Shown here: positions 13,435 through 25,144 of the stretch, piece after piece
Layout of the letters: every line of letters begins with the position of its first letter
How positions within the stretch are numbered: position 1 is the stretch's first letter
DNA from: Camelus dromedarius
Taxonomy: Eukaryota
Reading direction: 5' to 3'
Assembly: GCF_036321535.1 (NCBI RefSeq)
Contig: NC_087447.1
Location: forward strand, 50,470,001 to 50,534,000
Length of the DNA: 64,000 nucleotides
Position numbers and translations under genes: made by a program
Notes under the pieces: model-generated
Told to the model about the DNA's origin: nothing
What the model saw: the letters and a program-made list of their open reading frames with translations, nothing else
The model's database searches: none

Positions 13435-13533
13435 GCAGACCTGTAGACTCCATCCGGGATGAGGTGTTAACAGTGTCCCCAGAGAGGCCGTACCGAGGCA
13501 TGGTGAGACCCATGACCCCTGCCTCACAAGGCC
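13435..13533 (-). pseudogene. Gucy2d: GC-D exon 16 (cyclase active site)
   Basis: tttcag|[33 protein letters not shown]|gtgagt; family consensus is [33 protein letters not shown]. Confidence 0.94.
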
Positions 13534-14492
13534 CTGAAACTCAAATGTACCCAGTGAATTCTCGTAGGTCCTGGACCCAAGGGAAGTCCCCACAACAGTC
13601 TTGCCCTTCCCACACTCCCCACTCACCCCTTCCAGCTGCTATCCCCACCCCACATCTTGGGCTCCCGCTGAAGGATGAGGATAAAGCTGTATGGAGTCTC
13701 TGATAAAAACCAGAGAGGAGGCAACATCTGTGCCAGGCTCTGGGATGGGGGTAGGGGGACATAGATAAATCAGAGCCAGGCTCTGCTCTTAGGGAGCTCC
13801 TAGCCCGGTGAGGGGAGATGTGTAAACTATAATCATTGCTCTGAAGAGGGAAGCACTAGGGCTGGGCCAGCCCAGAAAGGAAACTCTGACCCAGCCCAGA
13901 GGACTTCCTGGAGGAGGCAGTACATAAACTGTGTCTTGAAGAATGAGAGAATGAGGGCAGGGAAGATCAGGTGCAAAGGCACAGAGGCAGAGAGCCCACT
14001 TGTCTGTGGGAAACGGTAATCAGTGAGTATGGATGGAGTGGGAAGTGGTGGAAGATGAGGTTGGAGAGATTAACAAGGGCCTTGGAGGCTATGGCAGGTG
14101 GGGTGGGCAGGGAGTTTAGACTTCATTGTGCAGGGATATGTAGAAAGGAAGGGGTGGGGGCATAAGAAGGATATACTATAGTAGAGACCCTGAGGCTTCT
14201 CCAGGCCCCCTCCCAGCAAACATTTAGTTGTTTGCATGACAACAGAAGGTCTCTGTCCTGCCTCTTCCATCAGATTCTTAGCTCCCTAGCATGAACTTAG
14301 ATGCCCTTGATAGATAATAATAGACAGACCCTTAAAATAATAGAAGAAAAAATGAAATGTAAAATTTTTCTATTATGGAGTTTTATATTCTTAGAATTCC
14401 AGAAGCACACCACTGGGGTTGTCCCGGCCAGTGCCCCAGGCAGGGTTGGGAGACTGCTCTGGCCTGTCGCTCCTACAGACCCAAGCATGTAC

Positions 14493-14667
14493 CTGAGTGC
14501 AGCCCAGCCCTGATGCGAATGGGCACAGTGGGCGCATGCCTTATCCCAAAATTGCCCATAGAGCTGAGGATGTCCAGGGCCACGTTGGCGATCTCAGCTG
14601 CATGCCGGTTCCCATTGCGCCAGGGCAGCCCAGATGCTACCATGTAGGCATCCCCGATGGTCTCCAC
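14493..14667 (-). pseudogene. Gucy2d: GC-D exon 15 (cyclase domain)
   Basis: ttccag|[34 protein letters not shown]...RAGLHS|gtacat. Confidence 0.95.
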
Positions 14668-15227
14668 CTGGAAGTCACAGCCATTAGGCTCCAGCACAAG
14701 AACACGCCCTCCCTGGTCTGATCCACATCCATACGAGGCCGAGTCTCAGGTGCGTCTGACCCACCCCTCGAGTCTCTGGCTCACAGTGCCCTCTCTACCA
14801 GGGCTCCCATCCCAGCTGCTCTAGCAACGATTAGATCTGCACATTTCAGGTCACCTTTGTCTGAATTGCAGGTGACCGTGCCTGTCTCATCTCCTCTGAC
14901 CAGGCTATGGGCTCCCGGGCAGCAGGCCAGGGTGCCCTGCCTGCACAATGCCACAGCAACTGATCGGGGCCTCATCTGGAGAGTGCACATGTATGTTGGA
15001 TACATGTCCTATCTCCCAAACCCTTGGCCTTCCAGGTGTACTGAAAAGAATGGAGAGTTTGAGATCCGATAGGTGTAGATTCAAACCCTGGCTCTGCCAT
15101 TTACCTTGCTCAGGCCGGCCACCTGTGCGAGCCTCAGTTCCTCTCATATGGAAAGCATATTAAAAATAAAGTATTTAAAGAACCAGACTCATCATAGATG
15201 CTCAATAAGCAGGCTTCTGTCTTTACC

Positions 15228-15260
15228 ATCATCACCACCACCACCACCACCATCATCATC
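15228..15260. repeat. (CAC)n/(CAT)n trinucleotide repeat
   Basis: atcatcaccaccaccaccaccaccatcatcatc. Confidence 0.8.
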
Positions 15261-18200
15261 TCCTTGGCTAATGGTTTAGGAAACGAGAGAATCCCAGAGT
15301 TTCAGAGTTGGAAGGGGCTTTAAAGCCCACCCGCCTGCCTTCCCAGTGGCCATCCGTGCCCACCTGCATCTCCTTCTTGAGTGGCTGCCTCTCCCCATCT
15401 AGGCAGCTACAAAAGTTGAGTTAAATGGCAACCTGCCTTTCACCTGCTGGTTCCAGATCTACCTCCTGAACTCAGGCCACAAATCTTTCCTATTCTGAAA
15501 TGCATTCTCTGTTCCAAAAGCCCTGTTCCAGGTGCTGGGGACACAGATGTGGACCATGGCCTTCTCCCCTGCCACAGGCCAGGCCAGCCAAAGTGAAGAT
15601 GGAGACTCTACCCACCAAGTCTTCCCATCTGCCAACTAAAGAGCCCAGCTCATGCACTTCCCCTCCTACAGCAGGCACATGCTGGCACCATTCGGACCCT
15701 TGGAGCAGAGCTGTCCCTCTGGCCAGGCATGTCCGCTCTCCCTTAGCACCTGGTGGGTAATAATAATCATGATGATGATGCTCCTGTTGCCCACAGGGGG
15801 CACTCTAATTCAATAACTCTCACACACCTTTAGCTGTGGACTGTGCCCTACTCCCTGTCTCCCCAGGCCTCTCTCTCACCCAGGCTATCTTGGCCCCAAT
15901 ACTGGGAAATGATCTGCCCTAATTATGCTACATATTGCTCAAATACTTAAATTTACTTCTTATGGCAAATGGCTTAAAATTCATTCCCCATGGATCCAAT
16001 CAGGGATTCCCATGATTTGCAGAATTTGCTGATTTATTCTTAACAGTTGTTACCAGTTCCCCATGCTTCAGCCGAATGGGGACCTTTCTGCTCTCTGCAG
16101 AGACACTCAGCACTCACTCGCCTCCAGCCCTTGATCGCCTGCTCCATCTGCCTGAAATGCTCTCCCTGAGTCCCTGTCTGTGAAGATCCTAGCCCTCCAT
16201 CAGCCCAGTTCACATTTCATCCAGCCCATAAAGTCTCCCCAGTCACCCGCTGGAAAAAAGACGCTTCCTTCCTCAGGGCTGTGACCTCCATCTCTCTCCC
16301 CATCATCTGTTGTTGTCAGCACTTACATGTGGACTGGCATGAATGTGGCGGGGTCGGGGGCAAGGCTGTCCCGCAATCTGTACATTTCCACAGAGGAGAG
16401 AGACCTCTCCCCAGGAGAAGAAAATACGAACAAACCCTGGCTTTCCCTCTTCCCTTCTTCCCCACAGGAGGATGAATGCATTATCTGATTGGCAAGATTG
16501 GAAGAAGGACTAAGTGCTCCTTCAAATACTCATACAGCAGTTATTATATGCCAGACACTACTTCAAACCCTTTACAAACATCAATGCGTTAGATCGTCAC
16601 AAGAATTCTATCATGTAGGTACTACCACTATTGCCATTTTGCAGACGGAAACTGAGCCAGAGAGGTTAAGTCACTCACCAACATCACTCAGCACAGATTT
16701 GAACTTGCTCGGTCCAGCTTCAGAGCCCATACTCTATGCTGCCTCGTGATGCACATGGCTGGGGCCCATTCTCTCTCTCTCTCTTTGAGGAAGAATGTGC
16801 CTGCTGTGTGAGGTTTCCCTCTGTTCCTGTCCTGCACGTGGTCAGCACGCGCGTCTGGGCCAGGCCTTGCCTCTCAGAGGCAGCCTGGGAAGTGAACTGC
16901 TCGCCGGCCTCACTTCCAGCCTGCCAGGTGTGCAGCTGCAATTCAGGAACAATACACCGGCTCTGGGGACCCAGCGCTGCCTCAGATGGGTGACCCAGGG
17001 TCCAGACTGTGGAGGAGGAGCAGGAGAAAGCCCCACAGTGGCCACACATCCAGATCATACTCTCCAAGCTGCTAAGCTGACATGTGGCCCTCCACCTGTC
17101 TGCCACCTGAGCTGGAAGGGACAGTTTGGTGTAATTAATAATCACCCTACCACCCCAGCCACAGAAAGATGGCCAAGCACAGGCCCTGCTCCCTGGCAGC
17201 TCAAACTCACAAAGATGATCAGTCAAAGGCTCCTGTCATAGGGGGAACTTAGCTGCAAGTGAGGGCTGCGGCCCCTTGTACACAGGCGTGGTCCTTTTGC
17301 AGATGGGAGAAGTGGGAGCAAAGGTTTCCATGCTAACAAACACAGATGAGAATTCTAATTCCACCACTGGCTTGCTGTGTGGCCTTGAGCAAGTCACCTA
17401 CCTCTCTGAGCCTGTATCCTCATCTGTACTGTAGTGATAATGATCCATCTCTTTGAGGGGAATTGCAAAGGTTAAATGAGATAGTCTGTGACAATCCCTA
17501 GGCCCAGCCAGTCCTCTTAAGACACTTAACTGGTGATGGTGGCCACTCCCCTCAATTCCCTCCCCCCATTCTGTGCTCTCAAGAGAGGCCTTGGCTCTCA
17601 TCACCACGTTGGAAAGAATGACAGCACCTCTCACGTTGCTGAATCTGCAGAACAACCCTAAACCATAGGCACTTTCACCTCTGCTTTACAAAGGGGAGCT
17701 TGAGGCTCAGAGAGGTGAAGTGATGTGCCCAGAGTGACTCAGCAATGTGGCTGGGGCCAGGCTCACCCTCCAGGCCAAGTGCTGGAGTAAGTTCTCTCCT
17801 CCCCTGCAGCCCACAGGGGCCCTGCCCCTGAGTTCTGTCTGTAAAAGTGCTCACTCAGCGCGTGCTGGGAGGGAATCACAGACCCCTGTGGAACCAGGAA
17901 ATGACTGCCTGGCTGCCTCCCAGCCCAGACCAGATTAAAGAGCAGTAACCAGATCCTGCTGGGACGGAGGGGAAACCGAGGCGGTGGGCGTGAGTGATGA
18001 GAGATGCGCTTGCACACATAGAGGACCTGGCCTCCCGCTTCCCCACATCTGGACGGGTGTGCGGGCCTTGCTTTATTTCATTTCACTCTGCCAGAAAGAT
18101 GCAGACCTCTTGGCCAGAGTTCAGAGGAGATCAGAAAGCGTGATTCAGAGCTGGGCGGGACACATGTGTGAGGGAAGATTAGCAGGGGAGGAAGAGACAA

Positions 18201-20140
18201 GGCCAGGGGTGACTCAGGGCACATCAAAGCTGCAGGGCTCAGCAAGACGAGATGAGGAATCTTTTCCTGGGGCCCACGGCGGCTCTGGAGGCAAAAGGGA
18301 AACTCAGCCAGCATGACAGACAATGCCTCAGACCACAGGCTGGGGTAGGAACATGGGGTTCTGAACAGGGAATGGGAGAGAAGCTGTGTGCTTGGAATGC
18401 TGGTAGCTCAGGTCTCTGTGGGTCAGCGCTGGGCAGCGGATGGAGCCGGGTGGTGATGGTGAACATACCAGGTTCCTGTCCTGGCTCTGTCTACCAGCTG
18501 TGTGACCTGGGGCAAGTCACTTTCCTCTCTGGACCACACTGAACTCATTCAGTCAACATATATTTCCTACCTACCACATGTTGGACATTGTCAGGCATTA
18601 GGGACAGAGTGGTTTAGGTTGGAATCATCAAGTGTGGCTGTGTGGTCCAGGGGTAGTTATGAGAGTATCACACAGGAGCTTCTAACCATGTCTGGGAGGG
18701 CAAGGAAGCTAACCCAAGACCAGAAGGGTGACCAGCAGAAGAGGAGGGAGAGCAGGGTTCCAGGAGGAGGGAGCAGCATGTGCAAAGGCCTCGTGGCTAG
18801 CAAACCCCATGTGGGTCCTCTATGAGGACTGCAGAGGTGGAGTGGCCGGAGACGCAGTGGGGCCAGCTCCTGAAGGGCCTGATGAGCCTCTATGAACCTG
18901 TGGCTTTATTTTGATGATGTCTGTGTCCTGGGGAATGGTGATCCCCGATGAAGTGGGGACCAGAAGGCCCAAGTTCAAATCTCAGCTTCACATCCTGCTG
19001 GGACTATGTAATTAGATAAGCCACTTAACCACCTGTTTCCTCACCTATAAATGAAGGGTACCCTTACCTACCTTGCAGATTGTTATAATGATCAAATGCA
19101 TTAATACGTATAAGGCATCTAGACTAGTGTCTGGTATACAGTAAGCACTCAGTAAGTACTGGTGATTACTGTTGTTGGGATACTGCATGTCATGCTATCA
19201 GCAGACTGCCTGGCACCTCGAAGAGTTAGTTCTCTCCTCTGAAACTTCCTGCCCCTGCATCCTTTCCATCCTGGCTTCAGCCCAGGGCCTGGCCCTCCCC
19301 AGCCCTGGCCTCCCTGGAGGGCTGTGGTGGGAAGGGCCTGATGGGTGACAAACAGAGGCTAAGGCCAGGGGAGCCAGAGTACAGCTGTTTCCTGGGAGGT
19401 CCCTCCCCACCTCTTCCCCGTGCTGAGGTTGACCCAGGACCCCCAGCAACTGGATCAGAATAGGGAAAGGGGTGGGGGAAAGGTCCCCACAGCAGGCGTA
19501 GAGGGCAGGAGGCTATTTCACAGGCTCACAGTTTGCAGAACACTTCTGCCAGGGGGAGAGGATCCACCCATCACCTATGAACCCCCTGGAACTCGAGTCA
19601 TTATTTCTGTGTTATAGATAAGGAAACTGAGGTGCAGAGAGAGGGAGCCATTTCCCCCAAACTACATAGAAGCTGGTGGCTAGGGTGGGACTCCCATCCC
19701 AGGATGGAGAGGTACACAGGGACTAGACATGGAGGATCTTGACAGCCCTGCCAAGACTCTTGCTGCCCACTCCAGCAACTCCCACCCACCACCCTCTCCC
19801 ACTGCTGGCCCGCTTCACAACCAGCTATCACAACCCACTCAGCATCCCTCACATTCACTAGGCCCACTGTCTCAAGCCTCAAGCTTTAACACATTATTCT
19901 CCCATTGCTTGTCCAGAGCAACCACACCCAAAATGGACAATGCTAGGAAGTCAACACCTCGTCCAGGAAGCCTTCCTTGCTCTTTACACATCTAATCCTA
20001 GCTGGACTGGGGTCCATCTCAGCCTCCTCTGCCTTCCTGATGACCACTTTCCCAGTGGGTTGTCTTCATCTTTTATCTGCAGCACTGAGAGCTCCCTGAG
20101 GGCAGGAACAGGAACTGACTCATCTGTTGCCCTTGCCTGG

Positions 20141-20572
20141 CACAGGTGGAGTTTATTTCCCCACCTCTTGAATCTGGGCTGGCCTTTAGACTTGCTTTCA
20201 CTAATAGAATATGTTGGAAATAGCAATGTGCCTGATCCCAGCTTAGACCCCAAGAGGCTTCTGCCCTTCTGCCTTCTCTCTAAGAACTCTGTCATACCAC
20301 GTAAACAATACCAACTCACCTGCAGGGGGGAGGGCAGTGAGATACCATGTAGACCAGAACTGAGTTGTCTCAGGCCAAGGTTCCAGAGGTGTGAGAGAGC
20401 CCAGCCATTAGCAGAGCTTCCTCTTACCCACAACTGACCGCAGATGTAGGAGTAAGCCCCACTGAGTCCAGAGAACTTTCCAGCTGGACAGGCTTGTGAG
20501 CAATAATACATGCTTATTGTTTTACACCACTGGGTTTCAGGCTTATTTGTTACACAGCAATAGCTTACTGAT
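20141..20572 (+). mobile_element. MLT1-type MaLR solo LTR
   Basis: ggtggagtttatttccccacctcttgaatctgggctgg...ttgttacacagcaatagcttactgata matches MLT1 motifs (subfamily not determined). Confidence 0.75.
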
Positions 20573-20663
20573 AAAAACACATAAATAAATGACTAGAAGT
20601 AAATGTATGACACAAACACAGCAGTAGAGGAGAGATGGAATGCCTGCCTCCTGCTCCTCTCAC

Positions 20664-20856
20664 CTTGTACACATCATGGCTGCCCAGAACAGCATCAAAC
20701 AGTGTGTAGAGATCGTTGAGCAAGCCCACCACCTCGATGGGCTCACTCAGGGTGGAGATGGTGGTAAAACCCACAATGTCACTGAAGTAGATGGTAACCT
20801 GGTCAAAGTACTCTGGCTCCACAGTCACCCCCATTTTCAGAGCTTCAGCCACGGAC
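20664..20856 (-). pseudogene. Gucy2d: GC-D exon 14 (cyclase domain)
   Basis: cttcag|[34 protein letters not shown]...HDVYK|gtgaga. Confidence 0.95.
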
Positions 20857-21277
20857 CTGAAGAGATGGGAAGGGCCAGAGTCACAAGGTGGGAGGACCCC
20901 TTTCCATGGTTGGGAGTGAGGGAGGAATATTTGGGGGAAAATCCTAGGTTGAGTGTCAGGGGATCTGGGACAGGTCTGCTGGTGTGCTGACTCCCCTCCA
21001 GCAAATACCTGCCCGTCTCCAGTCATTACTTCCTCTGAAGTCAGACGGGGGAAACTGCCCTCTCCTTGTTCCCAAGGCAGTGAGGGAGCAGAAATTCAAT
21101 ACTCACATGCCTAGCACTGTGCCTAATACATACAAGGGCTCTATGAAAATATGTTGGACAAATAAACAATGAATGAATTGAACGAACTCATGGAACCCAG
21201 ATTTACTGAGCACCTACTACGTCCCAGGTCCCATGCTCAGAGCCACTGAGGCTAGAGACACAATCAAGTCCACTCAC

Positions 21278-21441
21278 GGAGGAAGCATCTGAGAGAGCAG
21301 CCTTTCAGTTTTCTGTCTCTCCAGCTCCAGTTCCTCAGTCCACTCCTGGATCAAGTCCTCCAGGTTCTGGGAATACTTCCCCAGCATCCTAAATATAGAG
21401 TCAGCAACACTGGTTTTCTTGCCTTGGTTGATGCTTTTGAA
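21278..21441 (-). pseudogene. Gucy2d: GC-D exon 13 (dimerisation / signalling helix)
   Basis: tttcag|[54 protein letters not shown]|gtgagt. Confidence 0.94.
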
Positions 21442-21968
21442 CTGAAAATGGAATGAAAAGCCCAATTCATCCATGAAGGTTAGCACATTCGGCCCTCAGG
21501 TTGAGAATCTGGGCCACAGGAATGAACCTGACGTAGTGCCTGCCTGGAAGGGCTGGATTGGTGGGAAGCAGATATGTAATAGACAAGGGATGGCAGTTCT
21601 GACAAGGGGAAGCACAGATGGCTGGGAGGAAAATGGGTTGGTTCTCTATGAGGCGGACAGACAGGGAGAGGACTTTATAAAGGAATCCATGCCCAGCACT
21701 GTATCACCATTAACAAACACACTGGGTCTCACAAAACACTGTGGAATAGGCATTCTTTGTTCTTAAAGATAAGTGGATGGATGGATTGATGGATGGATAA
21801 ATAGATGGGTAGACAGATAGAAGGAATATGTGTAAATTATTTATATATATAATCTATACCTTTTTTTCCTTCTCCTTTTTCACAAAATTTTTCTTTACAA
21901 AATAAAATAATAAATATGTAAGGGCATTGGGACCAACAGAAAGTGAAGGTTAAAACAAAGTTAATCTA

Positions 21969-23471
21969 CAGCATGGTACTAGCACAAAAACAGACATATG
22001 GATCAATGGAACAGAATTGAGAGCCCAGAAATAAACCCACAGACTTACAGTCAATTAATCTTTGACAAAGGAGGCAAGAACATACAATGGAGAAAAGACA
22101 GTCCCTTCAGCAAGGGGTGTTGGGAAAACAGCCACATGTAAACCAATGAAGTTAGAACACTCCCTCACGCCATACACAAAAACAAACTCAAAATGGCTTA
22201 AAGACTTAAACATAAGACAAGACACTACAAAACTCTTAGAAGAAAACATAGTCAAAACATTATCTGACATAAATCTCAGCAATGTTCTGCTAGAGCAGTC
22301 TATCCAGGCCACAGAAATAAAGCAAAAATAAACAAATGGGACCTAATTAAATTTATAAGATTTTGCACAGCAAAGGAGATCATAAGCAAAACAAAAAGAC
22401 AACCTATGGAATGGGAGGAAATATTTGCAAATAATGGGACTGATGAGGGCTTAATTTCCAGGATATATAAACAGTTCATACAACTTAATAACAAAAAAAC
22501 AAACAACCCAATCCAAAAATGGGCAGAAGACCTAAAAAAGCAATTCTCCAATGAAGACATACAAATGGTCAATAGGCACATGAAAAAATGCTCAATATCA
22601 CTAATTATCAGAGAAATGCAAATCAAAACTACAATGAGGTATCACCTCACACCAGTCAGAATGACCATCGTTAAAAAGTCCACAAACAATAAATGCTGGA
22701 GAGGCTGTGGAGAAAAGGGAACCCTCCTACTCTGTTGGTGAGAATGTAGTTTGGTGCAGGCATTATGGAAAACAGTATGGAGATTCCTCAAGAAACTAAA
22801 AATAGACTTACCATATGATCCAGCAATCTCACTCCTGGGCATATATCCAGAGGGAACTCTAATTCAAAAAGATACGTGCACCCCAATGTTCATAGCAGCA
22901 CTATTTACAATAGTCAAGACACAGAAACAACCAAAAAGTCCATTGACAGATGACTGGATAAAGAAGTTGTGGTATATTTATACAATGGAACACTATTCAG
23001 CCATAAAAATTAATAAAATAATGCCATTTGCAGCAACATGGATGGACGTGGAAATTGTAATTCTAAGTGAAGGTAGCCAGAAAGAGAAAGAAAAATACCA
23101 TAAGATATCACTAATGTGGAATCTTTAAAAAAAAAAAAAGACACTTATTTGAACTTACTTATAAAACAGAAACAGACTCACAGACATAGAAAACAAACTT
23201 ATGGTTACCAGGGAGGAAAAGGGGTGGGAAGGGATAAATTGGGAGTTTGAGATTTGCAGATACTAACTGCTATATATAAAATAGATAAACAACAAGTTTC
23301 TTCTGTATAGCACAGGGAACTATATTCAATATCTTGTAGTAACCTATAATGAAAAAGGATATGAAAACAAATATATGTATGTACATGTATGACTGAATCA
23401 CTGTGCTGTACACCAGAAATTGACACAACATTGTAAAGTGACTATACTTCAATAAAAAAAATGAGAGAAAA
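21969..23471 (+). mobile_element. 5'-truncated L1 (ORF2 C-terminus + 3' UTR) in GC-D intron 12
   Basis: Broken ORF2 pieces ([59 protein letters not shown]); A-tail; TSD aaagttaatcta (21957-21968) / aaagttaaccta (23472-23483). Confidence 0.93.
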
Positions 23472-24995
23472 AAAGTTAACCTAGGAGGGAGGAATATATG
23501 CAAAATGACGCTAGAATTGGTCATAATTTTGGATATGAGCTTCCTAGCAACAAAGCAAATACAGATTTGCAACAAAGCAACAAAGGGAAATACAGATTAC
23601 ACAGTCCATGGAGTCCATGGGACAAGGGTGCATTAAACTAGTTGCTCAAAAGAACCGTAACTATTGTTGATGCTGAACAGACAGAAGTACCTCTCTTAGG
23701 TCTTTATAAGAGGACATTCACTTGTTGTCATAAATAGTACCTTCAACAACAACCTTACAGGAAATATGGAAGTGCATTTCCTCGGGGAGGCTTACTAGAA
23801 TCTTCCCCAGTGTGGTTTGTATCTTCCCAAAGTGGAGTCAGTAAGAGAAGCAAATTAATTATGATCAAAGAGGAGGAGTGTATTTTTGTTTAACTTGAGC
23901 ACCTTGACGTCTGTGTGTATGCATGTGTGTAGATGTGCATATCCGACCTCCATTAATACTGCTTCTCTCCAGTAAATGTCTATAAGGTGGGGAGGGCAGC
24001 AGCTTCCTTCTCAACATTCATTTTCTTATTTAATTGCATTGGCTGGTACTCCCAGAACAATGCTATTTGAACATGACCCAAGTCTTTTGACTCCTGCATG
24101 TGGAATATATCATGTGTCTGTCTCTGCCTTTTCCGCCCCTGAGCCTTAGGGAGGCTCTTTTCCCACAGTCACCACTCACTCAAGGCAAGAGCTTTCTCCC
24201 CCACCTCACTGGCCACAGCAATCTCTGATCCCTGGAAAGATTTCAGGCTGGTGTTTTAAGAACTGGTTGCTCATCCTAACACTGCAACCCACCCTCACAG
24301 TGGCCACGAGAGCTCATCTAGTCTGAGGTCCAGATTTCCCATCTGTGATGTAGGACACTGCATCCCCCTGACGACGCCCGAGCTGAGGTGGGGGTAAGAT
24401 GTGGGGAGGAGGGTGGTGGGAAGGCTCTTCAGAGGACACCAGTGTGTTTCTCCTGCCTTCCTGTATCTCACTCCCTCATCACCTGTCTGGACGCCCCTCT
24501 CGCTCACTGAAACTCTCCTTGGCAACGTTCCTCTGTGGCTGGGGAGTGGAGGGCAGGAATGGGGGGGGCACGAAGATGTCACTTCAGGCTTGATGGGCTG
24601 GCCCTATGGGAGCCATTAGCCAGCTCAGTCAGGCTCACACACTCCGTCACCACCAGCCAACTTGCCTCAATTTCTCTCTTGTAAAACCCAGATCATAGCA
24701 ATGCTTCCTCGGAGGGCTGGCATGAGGATTAAATGTAGTAAGCATGGCACTTAGCACAGAGATTGGCCCTCAGGAAGGCACTCATAAATGTCTCTGGAAC
24801 CCAGGGTTCTGAGAGAGCTTTTCTCAGAAGGTGTCCCTCAGGCCCCACCTTCAATGGTGAGGATGCTGGCCCATTGCCCCCTTTCTGCTCAGGGTTTCCA
24901 GGCCCTGGGGATAGTGTGGGACCCCACACTGGGCAAAGTGAAGTGAACTGATCAGCTGTTTCTTGTGAGCAGCCAGCTCCTCTGTGGGCACTGAC

Positions 24996-25144
24996 CTGGG
25001 TGTAGATCTGGTCCAGGTTGGGTCTGTCCTCTGGATCCTCCTCCCAGCACTGCTCCATCAGCTGGATGCACTCAGGTGGCCCGTGGTCAGGAGACACCAG
25101 TGGCCAGCACAGGGGAGGGGGAGACACCAGCTTCCTGATGATTT
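24996..25144 (-). pseudogene. Gucy2d: GC-D exon 12
   Basis: ttgcag|EIIRKLVSPPPLCWPLVSPDHGPPECIQLMEQCWEEDPEDRPNLDQIYTQ|gtcagt. Confidence 0.93.

Noticed and set aside
13481..14667. Switch to adenylyl cyclase specificity
   Set aside because: A switch needs Glu>Lys and Cys>Asp; here Glu is retained and Cys became Gly.
23484..23780. AT-rich segment with small local duplications next to the L1
   Set aside because: Probably an older decayed repeat into which the L1 inserted; I cannot assign a family.
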